Part shown: piece by piece, positions 1 through 8,394 of the stretch
Numbering within the stretch: position 1 is the stretch's first letter
Layout: each line of letters begins with the position of its first letter
Source of the DNA: a virus
Taxonomy: Duplodnaviria; Caudoviricetes
Length of the DNA stretch: 37,452 nt
IMG/VR virus record: IMGVR_UViG_3300043690_000025
Coordinates: 1 to 37,452 of that record
Strand: one strand, 5' to 3'
Program-made: the position numbers and the translations under genes
Notes under the pieces: model-generated
Database searches by the model: none
Told to the model about the DNA's origin: nothing
What the model saw: the letters and a program-made list of their open reading frames with translations, nothing else

Positions 1-127
1 CATGTCAGGCCGGACGGGACCGTGTTCCTGTACACGCAGAAAACCGGCACGCCGGTCACCGTCCCGATCCCGGCTCCCGTCCTGGCGGCGTTCAACGCGT
101 TGCCCCGCGTCGGCCGGTATCCGTTCT
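1..127. repeat. Terminal direct repeat, copy 1 (circular assembly overlap)
   Basis: Identical to 37326-37452; lies inside the integrase ORF, which reads in frame across the join. Confidence 0.97.
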
Positions 128-441
128 GGAACGGCACCAGCGCCCTGCTGGGCGCCAGCGGCTACTGGCAACAAGGGCTGCTGTGGGTCTTCCGTCACGC
201 CGGCATTGCGAACGGCCATGCGCACCGCTTCCGCGACACGTTCGCCGTCGAGCTCCTGCTGGCCGGCGTCGACATCAAGGACGTCAGCGTGCTGCTGGGG
301 CACTCGACGACGCAGATCACCGAGAAGCATTACTCGCCCTGGGTATCAGCGCGACAGAGCCGTCTCGAAGCCGCCGTGCGCGCGTCTTTTGCAACCGCAC
401 CGGTGCCGGGTCCACCGCCGACGCCTGAGCCACCCGCCTGA
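1..441 (+). CDS. int: Tyrosine integrase, C-terminal part (continues from 36630; joined ORF 378 aa)
   Basis: QKT, HRFRDTFA (HxxR), LLGH and KHY catalytic motifs; in frame with the ORF starting at 36630. Confidence 0.95.
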   Translation, partial: HVRPDGTVFLYTQKTGTPVTVPIPAPVLAAFNALPRVGRYPFWNGTSALLGASGYWQQGLLWVFRHAGIANGHAHRFRDTFAVELLLAGVDIKDVSVLLGHSTTQITEKHYSPWVSARQSRLEAAVRASFATAPVPGPPPTPEPPA

Positions 442-580
442 GCGCCGACTCAGGAATGCGCCAGTTGTAGCCGAGCCGCATCACGCCGGCTTCATGCGCG
501 AACCGGCGACGCACCCAGTCCGGGCTGACGTTCCAGAGCTTCGCGATCTCCTGCGGACTGTAGTGGCGCTCGTCCGTCAT
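317..580 (-). CDS. xis: Excisionase-like winged-helix protein
   Basis: MTDERHYSPQEIAKLWNVSPDWVRRRF...WRIPES; GGGGAG RBS before ATG 580; adjacent to int, overlapping its 3' end. Confidence 0.75.
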   Translation of the reverse strand: MTDERHYSPQEIAKLWNVSPDWVRRRFAHEAGVMRLGYNWRIPESALRRVAQASAVDPAPVRLQKTRARRLRDGSVALIPRASNASR

Positions 581-590
581 GGCTCCCCCG

Positions 591-797
591 TTACGCCGCC
601 TGCACGATCGCCGCTTTCGAGACGCCCGTGCGCTCCGCAATGTGGTCCCGCAGGTTCGGCCGCGGGATCTTGCGTCCGAGCTCAATCACGTAGTAGGTGG
701 ACTTGGGGATATCGAGGTACCGCGCCGCGTCGCCGAGGCTCCACCCCTGCGCCAGCCGCCAATTTCGCAGCGCGGTGTTCGGGACACGTCCTGACAT
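591..797 (-). CDS. Cro-like XRE HTH regulator
   Basis: LRNWRLAQGWSLGDAARYLDIPKSTYYVIELGRKIP is an HTH_3-type pattern; divergent from the cI-like gene. Confidence 0.85.
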   Translation of the reverse strand: MSGRVPNTALRNWRLAQGWSLGDAARYLDIPKSTYYVIELGRKIPRPNLRDHIAERTGVSKAAIVQAA

Positions 798-805
798 ACG
801 CGCCT

Positions 806-834
806 ACTGTGCACCGAACGAATATGGCTGTCAA
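806..834 (-). promoter_or_regulatory. Sigma70-like leftward promoter for cro-xis
   Basis: TTGACA-17 nt-CACAGT, 8 nt before the cro ATG. Confidence 0.6.
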
Positions 835-859
835 GCCCCGCCCGCGTGTTTCCTCTTGG

Positions 860-888
860 TAGACACGGCCGACATTTTCGTGTACTGT
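860..888 (+). promoter_or_regulatory. Sigma70-like rightward promoter for the repressor
   Basis: TAGACA-17 nt-TACTGT, back to back with the cro promoter. Confidence 0.55.
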
Positions 889-902
889 CCATCTCGCACC
901 AC

Positions 903-1367
903 ATGCCCGTCGCCACCCGTCAACCCGTTCTGCGTTTTGATGTGCCCCCGCAGCCCGCCGACTTCATTCGTGCCCGCCTCCGCGCCGCCCTGCAGGCGTG
1001 GGGCACGCTCAGCGCGCTGCGGGACCGCCTCAACGCCGATGCGCCGACGCGCAAGTGGTCGGTCTCTCGGCTCTCGCGGTTGCTCGCGGGGCAGATCCCG
1101 CTCACCGTGGATGAATGCGTGCTGATTGTGTATGCGGCGGGGCTGTCGCTGGTCGACATCATGCGCCAGCCCGGCCGCGAGTTCGTCGGGGACTTGTCCG
1201 CCGACGAACTACAACTGCTGCAGCGCGTCCGCCGCGCGCCCCATTTCCTGGAGGCCTTCGACCAGGTGCTGACGCTCTACGACCCCCACCCTGGGGGCCC
1301 GGAGCGCCCCTCAGGCAAACCCCGTCCGCCGCGTCCGCGGCGGGTCCCAGAGCCGCGCCACCGCTAG
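903..1367 (+). CDS. Putative CI-like repressor (HTH, no S24 peptidase domain)
   Basis: WSVSRLSRLLAGQIPLTVDE HTH-like segment; divergent from cro; start uncertain. Confidence 0.6.
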   Translation: MPVATRQPVLRFDVPPQPADFIRARLRAALQAWGTLSALRDRLNADAPTRKWSVSRLSRLLAGQIPLTVDECVLIVYAAGLSLVDIMRQPGREFVGDLSADELQLLQRVRRAPHFLEAFDQVLTLYDPHPGGPERPSGKPRPPRPRRVPEPRHR

Positions 1368-1607
1368 CCGGTGCCGCGCCTGCAGACGCGCCTTCCACAT
1401 CGCGCCGACGTAAGCGCCGATCGCCCGTGCCGCCGCCGGCCCGTCCCGATCGATCACCTTGTCGAGCTGTTCGTGCAGCGTACAGGACTCAAACGATTTC
1501 GTACGCCACGAGTCCTGGGGGGCGGCGGCGACGAGCGCGGCGACGACGCCATAGGAATACACCACCTGCTTTCCACTTACCGCTGGGAGAGTCGTGGAAA
1601 CGGTCAA
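1311..1607 (-). CDS. Hypothetical protein convergent on the repressor
   Basis: ORF of ordinary composition with a promoter-like sequence upstream; start uncertain. Confidence 0.4.
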   Translation of the reverse strand: MTVSTTLPAVSGKQVVYSYGVVAALVAAAPQDSWRTKSFESCTLHEQLDKVIDRDGPAAARAIGAYVGAMWKARLQARHRLAVARLWDPPRTRRTGFA

Positions 1608-1626
1608 GGAATCGCGCGAGCGTCAG

Positions 1627-1655
1627 AATTTACGTCGCCGCTTACGGGTCCGCAA
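1627..1655 (-). promoter_or_regulatory. Putative leftward promoter
   Basis: TTGCGG-17 nt-TAAATT in an AT-richer intergenic region. Confidence 0.4.
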
Positions 1656-1808
1656 GGACATTTGCAAACATTTGACGTAGCACCTTTGGACAGCTTGACA
1701 GATCCCGTACGGCTGGGCCATGCGTCGTGGCGGTGTAACAATCTGTCACACTTTTTTCACATGGCGCACAGACCTGCACGGGTTCTGCGGCCGGCCTCCG
1801 GTTCGTAG

Positions 1809-1837
1809 TGGACACAAGCAAACCGCTTTGATTGAAT
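1809..1837 (+). promoter_or_regulatory. Putative promoter of the rightward small-ORF operon
   Basis: TGGACA-17 nt-TTGAAT with TGn extension. Confidence 0.4.
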
Positions 1838-1882
1838 GGGTGTGATCCGACGATTCAGGTGGAATGCACGGAGAACTGACTC

Positions 1883-2044
1883 ATGGCGATCAAGCTCACG
1901 ACGTGCCGACATTGTAAGCAGCCGTTCCATCTGTTCGTGGACCCGAAAGAGGTCGCGCTCTGTCTGAAGTGTCTCAGCCAGCTCGCGGCGCGCGAGGACG
2001 ACGGACGACCGCCGCGCAGGGAGACGCGACGACGTGGCCGATGA
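1883..2044 (+). CDS. Small zinc-ribbon protein (53 aa; not in ORF track)
   Basis: Hand translation MAIKLTTCRHCKQPFHLFVDPKEVALCLKCL...; two CxxC pairs; GGAG RBS; overlaps the next start. Confidence 0.65.
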   Translation: MAIKLTTCRHCKQPFHLFVDPKEVALCLKCLSQLAAREDDGRPPRRETRRRGR

Positions 2045-2270
2045 TTTTCGGCCGTTGTTCGAGGGGCTGCGGGATGCGAGTGTCCATCTCCAGGCGAGCA
2101 ATGAGCATTTAGTCGCCGCCAGCCGAGAGATGGTCAACGCCTTTGGCGCGCTCCAACGCGTGACCGCGGCGGCGCTGCACGCCCGCGATGAGCAAGAGGA
2201 TCTGCGCGAGAGCGTGCGGCGCCTAGAGGCCCTCGTCCAGGAACTCCTGAATCGGGACGGGAGGCACTGA
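2034..2270 (+). CDS. Hypothetical coiled-coil protein
   Basis: GTG start with AGGGAG RBS; helical heptad pattern. Confidence 0.65.
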   Translation: MADDFRPLFEGLRDASVHLQASNEHLVAASREMVNAFGALQRVTAAALHARDEQEDLRESVRRLEALVQELLNRDGRH

Positions 2271-2272
2271 AC

Positions 2273-2497
2273 ATGGCCTTCGGTCCCGGCAAGTACGATG
2301 ATCTCTGCACCCACATCCGCACCCTGACGCAGGCGCGCGGCGTGTTGCTGATTGTGATTGACGGCGGGAGAGGCAGCGGCTTTGGCTGTCAGGCGACGGC
2401 TGACATCACGCTGCGCCTACCCGAGCTGCTGGAGGATGTCGCCGCGCAGATTCGGCAGGACGGCATCGGTGGGGCCGGCCGGGGCGACCGTCCGTAA
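2273..2497 (+). CDS. Hypothetical protein
   Basis: GGAGG RBS; packed tightly in the operon. Confidence 0.7.
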   Translation: MAFGPGKYDDLCTHIRTLTQARGVLLIVIDGGRGSGFGCQATADITLRLPELLEDVAAQIRQDGIGGAGRGDRP

Positions 2498-2506
2498 CAG
2501 GATCCC

Positions 2507-2668
2507 ATGACGAAGAACCCCGCCGCCGTCGCGCTGGGCCGCCTGGGAGGCCGCGTCCGCTCGGAGGCGAAGACGAAAGCCGTGCGCGAGAACGGCAAAA
2601 AGGGCGGCCGGCCCCCAAAGAAAGCCCGAGCGCAGCCCCGTGTCACAGATACGACGGAGCCTGTGTGA
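2507..2668 (+). CDS. Small basic protein, possibly DNA-binding (53 aa; not in ORF track)
   Basis: Hand translation MTKNPAAVALGRLGGRVRSEAKTKAVRENGKKGGRPPKK...; GTGA overlap with the next ORF. Confidence 0.7.
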   Translation: MTKNPAAVALGRLGGRVRSEAKTKAVRENGKKGGRPPKKARAQPRVTDTTEPV

Positions 2669-2868
2669 GTTTACGACTCGGCGCCCTGCATGATGCCTTG
2701 CTCCATCCCGGCGATGCCGACCTCGCCACGCGCGCGGCGGAAGAGGTCGCGAGCGACGAGAACCGGCTGGCGAGCATCGACACGCGGCTGACGCTCCTGA
2801 CGTGGATGGTGACCACCAACCTCTTGCTGACCGTCGCCGTCCTCGGGCGCTTGCTATTCATCCGCTAA
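2665..2868 (+). CDS. Coiled-coil protein with C-terminal TM helix (DUF1640-like)
   Basis: Short coiled coil followed by LLTWMVTTNLLLTVAVLGRLL. Confidence 0.65.
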   Translation: MSLRLGALHDALLHPGDADLATRAAEEVASDENRLASIDTRLTLLTWMVTTNLLLTVAVLGRLLFIR

Positions 2869-2901
2869 GCCACAAGCCGTCACCCGCCGATACTTCTGAT
2901 C

Positions 2902-3138
2902 ATGATACGTGATTGGTTCCCGACGCGCTGGGATCGCCACGTCCCCCGCGTCTGTCGGCTGCCGTGGCTCCTGCTGAAATGGCTCCTCGTGCCGCTTGGC
3001 CTCTATCTGCTCGTCGGCCTTGTGCAATGGCGGGCCGGCTGGATCGGCGTTTGGGTCTGGCTCGTCGCGCCCTTCCTCGCGCGCTTCACGCAGCGGTTCC
3101 TCGCCCGGGTCACGGCGTCGCCCCCGCATACTGACTGA
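2902..3138 (+). CDS. Small two-TM membrane protein
   Basis: Two Trp/Leu-rich hydrophobic segments. Confidence 0.55.
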   Translation: MIRDWFPTRWDRHVPRVCRLPWLLLKWLLVPLGLYLLVGLVQWRAGWIGVWVWLVAPFLARFTQRFLARVTASPPHTD

Positions 3139-4696
3139 GCGTCGGCGTCGGCCGTGTCGCGGGCCCCACGCCCGCTTGCCCCACGCGCCGCAGAATATCG
3201 GCGACCGCCGCCGTGTCCTGACTCTTGAGGGCCTGCGCCATGCGATCGGCCCAAATGCCCGCCGTCAGCTGATTGTTGCGCAGCCAGAGGGAGCCGGCCG
3301 CGAGGAGCCCCGTCGCGCCGGCCACGGCGCCCGCCTCCGGTCCCGCCGCCAGCGCCGTGCTCACGGCGGGAATCCCACTGGCCAGGATCAGATGCCCGCC
3401 TAAGCCGAGGACATCGCGATTGCCCTGCCGCATCTCCATCGCCTGCAGCGCGTCGCGCGCCGCAATCGCCTGGCTTTCCTCTTTCAGATTGCTCGCGACC
3501 TCCGGAATGCCGATGCTGGTATAGGCGTCTTTGACCGCGTTGCGCTGCGCGAGCTCCACGGCTTTGGTCGCCTCGTTCGGGATACTTTGCTGTTCGCCGA
3601 AACTCTGTCCGAGTCGGAAACGACTACTCGCACGGGCGCTCTTGAGCGCCGCATCCGCTGGATAGCTGGCTTGCAGGGCCCGCGTCGTCACCGGAGTCGG
3701 CGTCAGCACCGGTTGCCCGTTCGGCCCGAGGATACTCGAGGGGCGCATCACGGTCGTCGTCACGTCCTGCGCCATCGGCCCCGCTAGGAGTCCCTGTTGC
3801 GCTGCGGCAATCTGATCGAGCTCCGGGCCCTGAATCCCCATGCGGGACGCCGCTGTCTTGAGCGCATCCAAGGCCGTCGCCGCGCGTGCGGGCGCATCGG
3901 TCGGGGGATTGGCGAGCGCCATCGCGCGTTGCACGCCGCGTTCGGCTTGGTCGACGAGTTCGTTGGCTTGCGCCGAGGTCGTCAGCCCACGGTTGACGAT
4001 GTACTGCACGAGCTCATCGCGCGAGACGCCAAGTCCCTTCCAATACTGGCCCGGGAGTTCCTCGACGAGCGATTTCGGTACCTTCAGGCCGGCCGTCGCG
4101 AGGCGCTGCCCGAGTCGTTGGGCGGCGCCAGCCGTGCCGCGCACCACCGCGCCCACGACCGGCAACCCGCCCCCAATCACTGCGCCCGCCGTCGGACTCC
4201 CGCCCTGCAGCGCCGAGATCCCCGCCCCGCCAGTCGCTTGCACGGCCGCCTGCGGGATCAATTTCGCTACCGCCTGCCCGACATACGGCGCGAGGCGCGG
4301 CGCGACGGCGGCTTCCGCCGCATCGGCGGCGCCGGCGATCGGGCCGCCGGCCAGGGCGCCGACCGTCAGTTGTCCGGCGACATCCCCGACTTTTTCCGCG
4401 GTGGTCGTGCGCGCGAGCGCCTGATGCGCCGCGTCGAAACTCGCGCGCGAGAGGCCTGGCACGCCGTACAGGCGGTCGACCGCCGCCGACACGCCGGGGA
4501 TCTTGTGCACGAGTTCCCCAAGGCGCACCGCGTCCTCGATCACGCCCTTCCCGGCGCCTCTGGCGAGGTCACCGATCCAGCCGTAGCCCAGATCCGGCGT
4601 CGTCCCCGCGGTGGGATCGGTAGAGAGATAGCCATGTCCGGCACTCGCGGGCTGCCCGGCGTTCGGATCCGTCGAGAGGTACGGCCCATCGCTCAT
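3110..4696 (-). CDS. DNA ejection/internal virion protein (last of cluster)
   Basis: Ala/Gly-rich with hydrophobic stretches; ATGA overlap with the upstream gene; P22 gp16-like position. Confidence 0.7.
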   Translation of the reverse strand: MSDGPYLSTDPNAGQPASAGHGYLSTDPTAGTTPDLGYGWIGDLARGAGKGVIEDAVRLGELVHKIPGVSAAVDRLYGVPGLSRASFDAAHQALARTTTAEKVGDVAGQLTVGALAGGPIAGAADAAEAAVAPRLAPYVGQAVAKLIPQAAVQATGGAGISALQGGSPTAGAVIGGGLPVVGAVVRGTAGAAQRLGQRLATAGLKVPKSLVEELPGQYWKGLGVSRDELVQYIVNRGLTTSAQANELVDQAERGVQRAMALANPPTDAPARAATALDALKTAASRMGIQGPELDQIAAAQQGLLAGPMAQDVTTTVMRPSSILGPNGQPVLTPTPVTTRALQASYPADAALKSARASSRFRLGQSFGEQQSIPNEATKAVELAQRNAVKDAYTSIGIPEVASNLKEESQAIAARDALQAMEMRQGNRDVLGLGGHLILASGIPAVSTALAAGPEAGAVAGATGLLAAGSLWLRNNQLTAGIWADRMAQALKSQDTAAVADILRRVGQAGVGPATRPTPTLSQYAGATP

Positions 4697-6606
4697 GGCG
4701 CACTTCCGGTGGGTTTCCAACCCTTGCCGTCCCAGATCGCGAGCTGCCCCTGAATCAGGCGCCGCTCACCGAGACGTGCCGGGGCCGCAGGCGCACTGAC
4801 CGACGTCCCCGCCGATGCCGCTGCGGGCGCGGCGGCTGGTGTCCCGCCGGTCTTGCCCCCCTCGAGCGCCGAGAGCGTCGCGCGGGCCTGCGGCGTGATC
4901 ATGTTGATCGGCGCCGTCCCCATCCCGGCCTGATATTGACTGGCCAGCGAGTTGAGCTTGTCTTCCATCATCCGTCCGGTGGTCGCGATCGCACTGTGAA
5001 TCTGCTGCGGCGCCATGCTGCTATTGATGGTCTGCAGGTCCCGACTGATGTCCGCTTCGGCGCCGCCACTCCCGCGCCACAGCTTCGTGACTTCCTCGAC
5101 GACGCGCGGGGCGACCGTGTCGAAATCGGTCTTTCCGGTCCAGCCGGTGGCGGTCGCGAGCCGATTAGCAATGGAGTTATAGAGCGGATAGTTGCCATTG
5201 TGGAGCGCGTCGGCCGCAGTCGTCAGTTCCTGCAGGTGGCCAATCGCGGTATTTAGCGCGTTGACCTGTTGGCCTTGCGTCCCGGTCGTAAAGGCCGCCC
5301 GCGTTTTGGACCGGGCGTTGTAATCCACCGTATCGAACGAGGGATCGTACTTGCCGACCACTTGTAAGATCCCTTGCCAATACGGATTGGTGAGGGCGCG
5401 GCCTGACGGCAGGGCCATTCGTCCGTCGGCGATCATGCGCACGGTGTTTTGTGTCGCCGCCGGCAGGGTCGCGAGGTACGCCTCATTGCGGCCCGTGGCG
5501 GCCGGTGTGGCCGCCGCCCCTGGCGTCGGGGTCCCTGCGGGCGGCGCCGCCGTGACCGGGGCGGGCGTCGCACCAGGCGTGGGCGTCCCCGCCGTCGCCG
5601 CAGGCGCCCCACTGGGTACGGGCGCCACGCTAGGGCTTCCCCCCGGCCCGAAGACGCTCTGCAGCTGTTGATTTTCCAGGGTGGCCTTCGTGGCGGCCGC
5701 ACCCGCCTGCGCCGTTCTGGCGCGCGTGAGGGCCTGCTGTGCGGGCGTTTGCTTCGCGGTCGCCGCCTGGGTCATCGCGCCCAGAATCCGCGTGACTTCG
5801 GCGGTATCCCCCCGCGCCCGCGCGAGCGCCAACTGCTCCTCCAGGGTTTTCCCGGTCGCCGCGAGCTTCCCTTCCTGGGTCGCTTTGAACGCCTCCGCCG
5901 TAGCCTTCCCGGTTTCGGCCTCCGTCTTCGCCTGCGTGCCCCAGTCACCGCGGGTCTTATCGTCTGCCAGCGTCAACTGCCCGAGCGCCCAGTTGTACTG
6001 CGCCGCCGGATCCGGCGGCAGGTTCTGTTGCAGGTAGGCGGTGGCCGCCTCGGGCGTGATCCCGAGGGCGGGATTGCCGACCGCCGTCCCCGTCGCGCCG
6101 ATCAATTTGTCCAGATCCAGGCGGCCCGGCGTCGCGTTCCCCTGCGCATCGGTCCCGGGCGGCACGATGGCCTGATGAATGCCCGTCGCGAAGAAATTCT
6201 GTTTCGCCTGTTCATACTCGCGGCGCTGTTTCACGAGGGCCGATGCACTCTCCTGCATCTGCTTGCCGCTGTTGACGACCGACGTGACGAAGGTGTCGGG
6301 CACCCCATTGGTCAGCAGATGCTGCCCGATCTTGTCGTAGTCCGGAATGGCCTGGCCGAACTGGTCGGTCGTTTGAAAGTCGGGATTGGTCACCGCGTCC
6401 TTGAGCAGCGAGACGCCGAGTTGTCGCCCGTGCGCCTCGAGGACCTTCTGCTGCAGGAGCTGCGCGTTGAATTGCCGTTCCTGCGCCTGCGCCGCGAGAT
6501 CGGCTTGCCGGAGGCGCAGGTTCTGGACTTGTTCCAGCACCTGCAGCGGATTGGCCATCGGCTCCGGAGGCCGGACGCCGAGTGGGATCGAGGGGTCTAA
6601 GGGCAT
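4693..6606 (-). CDS. DNA ejection protein (P22 gp20-like position)
   Basis: MPLDPSIPLGVRPP start; Gln/Ala helical; Pro/Ala/Thr linker; synteny. Confidence 0.7.
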   Translation of the reverse strand: MPLDPSIPLGVRPPEPMANPLQVLEQVQNLRLRQADLAAQAQERQFNAQLLQQKVLEAHGRQLGVSLLKDAVTNPDFQTTDQFGQAIPDYDKIGQHLLTNGVPDTFVTSVVNSGKQMQESASALVKQRREYEQAKQNFFATGIHQAIVPPGTDAQGNATPGRLDLDKLIGATGTAVGNPALGITPEAATAYLQQNLPPDPAAQYNWALGQLTLADDKTRGDWGTQAKTEAETGKATAEAFKATQEGKLAATGKTLEEQLALARARGDTAEVTRILGAMTQAATAKQTPAQQALTRARTAQAGAAATKATLENQQLQSVFGPGGSPSVAPVPSGAPAATAGTPTPGATPAPVTAAPPAGTPTPGAAATPAATGRNEAYLATLPAATQNTVRMIADGRMALPSGRALTNPYWQGILQVVGKYDPSFDTVDYNARSKTRAAFTTGTQGQQVNALNTAIGHLQELTTAADALHNGNYPLYNSIANRLATATGWTGKTDFDTVAPRVVEEVTKLWRGSGGAEADISRDLQTINSSMAPQQIHSAIATTGRMMEDKLNSLASQYQAGMGTAPINMITPQARATLSALEGGKTGGTPAAAPAAASAGTSVSAPAAPARLGERRLIQGQLAIWDGKGWKPTGSAP

Positions 6607-6618
6607 GGATCCGTCCCG

Positions 6619-8391
6619 TCAGTAGCCTGGCGCATACGGGGTCGTCGGCGTGCCCGACTTGTTCCCGTACAGACTGCCGTATAGCCCGCTGTACATCGCC
6701 GCGCCCCCTAACTGCGACATCAGATTGCCGTAGGCATTCGCACTGCCCACCTGCCCGGCGGCCGTCGTGTTGCCGATGCCGGTCAATAGGTTACTCGCAT
6801 TGCTGCCGTAGTTACTGCCCGAGGCATTCGCCCCGCCCGACGCGCCGTACCCGAGGCTATACAAGTTGTACAGGTTATTCCACTGCGTCTGTTGCTCGTT
6901 CTGTGTGTTGGCATACGCCTGCTGCTGTTGCTGCGCGCCGAACACCTGCTGTTGAAACGCATTTTGGACGTTCTGTTGATTGATTTGCGCCGCGAGCACT
7001 TGCTGTTGATACGCCTGCGCGATCGCATTCTGCCCCTGCTGATACTGCTGCAGGTACTGATTCCAGGCTTGCTGGTAGGCATTATTCGCCGCGCCGTACT
7101 GCGTCTCATAGGTGCCGAGCGCCTGCTGATACCCCTGGAGGTATTGGTTGTAGTTCTGCTGATAGGTGCCGAGGGCCTGCCCGTAGGCTTGCTGTTCGGC
7201 CTGCTGCTGCGTCTGATAGGTCTGCAGCGCCTGCCCATAGCCGCCTAAGTACTGTTGATAGGCTTGCTGATACTGGCCCAGGGCGCGGTTATAGACGTTC
7301 TGGTATTCGTTACTCGCGTAGTTTTGCGCGTACTGCGTCAGCGCCGCTTCGGTGCCGCCCGTATTCAGCGTGCCTTGCGCAGCGGCACTCCGCTGCAGCG
7401 CCTGTTGCCCGAGCGCGAGCCGCGCCTGATAGCCGGGATCGTTCTGCTCGGTGATGTCGGTCGGGGCCTGAAACTGCTGCGTCCAGGGTTGATAGGTAAA
7501 CGGCGTCGTGTCGAGCGTCGGCCCCTGAAACGTCTGGGTCCAGGGTTGATAGGTAAAGGTCGGCGGCATCGGCTGCGGCGTGATAGCCGGCATCCCGCTT
7601 CCGCCGCGAGCGCCACCGCCCCCCCCGGCATAGCCGCCGCCGCCCGCCGCGCCGCCGCCACCGCCGCCGGCCGCGCTGCCGCCTCCGCCACCGGGCGTAT
7701 CAATCAGCGGCCCGCGGGGGCCGCCTTGCGCCGCGACAATTTGCTGCGCGAGGCGGTCCTGCCAATACGACACGTTCTGCGGCGTCATCCCGCCGGTCTG
7801 ATTCAACCGCTGGACGAAATACCCGACATTGGCCAGGTCGCCGACGCCCGGATTGTTCGGGTCCAGCCCGTAGCGCTGATAGACCGCCGAGAGGATCGAG
7901 GTCGGGTCGTTCGGATTGACGGGCGCCCCGCCCCCTGCCCCGGCCCCGCCGGTAGGCACAATCGGCTGGATGGTCGTCGGCGTGGGTGGCGGGGTCGAGG
8001 CGGGTTGATTCGGCTTCCAGCCGCCCGCCGGCAGGGCGTTGATGTCATGGAGAATGTTATTCAGGTAGTTCTGGTCAATGTCGGTGCCCCACGCGTACAG
8101 GTTCTGCCCGGCTGGGTCATACCCCTTCGCCGCGTAGGCGCCCGCGATCTGTTGAATCGCACTCTGGCCCAAACCGCCCCAGGTCGCGCCTGCCGGCGCC
8201 TGGCCACCGGGGACCGTCTGCGCGCCCGCCGGCCCCGGGGGCAGCGCACGAATCTGGTTGATGATCTGGTTCAGGTAGTTCTGATCAATATCGGTGCCCC
8301 AGGCGTACAGGTTCTGCTCCTGCGGGTTGTAGCCCTGCGCCTTGTAGGCTTCCGCGATTTGATTGAACGCACTCTGGCCGAGCGATGCCAT
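6619..8391 (-). CDS. DNA ejection/pilot protein with internal repeats
   Basis: DPGYQARLALGQQALQRSAAAQG...AQNYASNEY motif typical of podovirus DNA-transfer proteins; Gln/Tyr repeats. Confidence 0.75.
   Translation of the reverse strand: MASLGQSAFNQIAEAYKAQGYNPQEQNLYAWGTDIDQNYLNQIINQIRALPPGPAGAQTVPGGQAPAGATWGGLGQSAIQQIAGAYAAKGYDPAGQNLYAWGTDIDQNYLNNILHDINALPAGGWKPNQPASTPPPTPTTIQPIVPTGGAGAGGGAPVNPNDPTSILSAVYQRYGLDPNNPGVGDLANVGYFVQRLNQTGGMTPQNVSYWQDRLAQQIVAAQGGPRGPLIDTPGGGGGSAAGGGGGGAAGGGGYAGGGGGARGGSGMPAITPQPMPPTFTYQPWTQTFQGPTLDTTPFTYQPWTQQFQAPTDITEQNDPGYQARLALGQQALQRSAAAQGTLNTGGTEAALTQYAQNYASNEYQNVYNRALGQYQQAYQQYLGGYGQALQTYQTQQQAEQQAYGQALGTYQQNYNQYLQGYQQALGTYETQYGAANNAYQQAWNQYLQQYQQGQNAIAQAYQQQVLAAQINQQNVQNAFQQQVFGAQQQQQAYANTQNEQQTQWNNLYNLYSLGYGASGGANASGSNYGSNASNLLTGIGNTTAAGQVGSANAYGNLMSQLGGAAMYSGLYGSLYGNKSGTPTTPYAPGY
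8060..8319. repeat. Imperfect intragenic direct repeat, period 210 nt
   Basis: Near-identical ~50-nt cores starting at 8060 and 8270, both encoding QNLYAWGTDIDQNYLN. Confidence 0.85.
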
Positions 8392-8394
8392 AGG

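Noticed and set aside
8060-8319. Repeat pair as a DGR template/variable repeat or CRISPR
   Set aside because: No reverse transcriptase or cas genes; core differences are synonymous; both copies are in frame in one protein.
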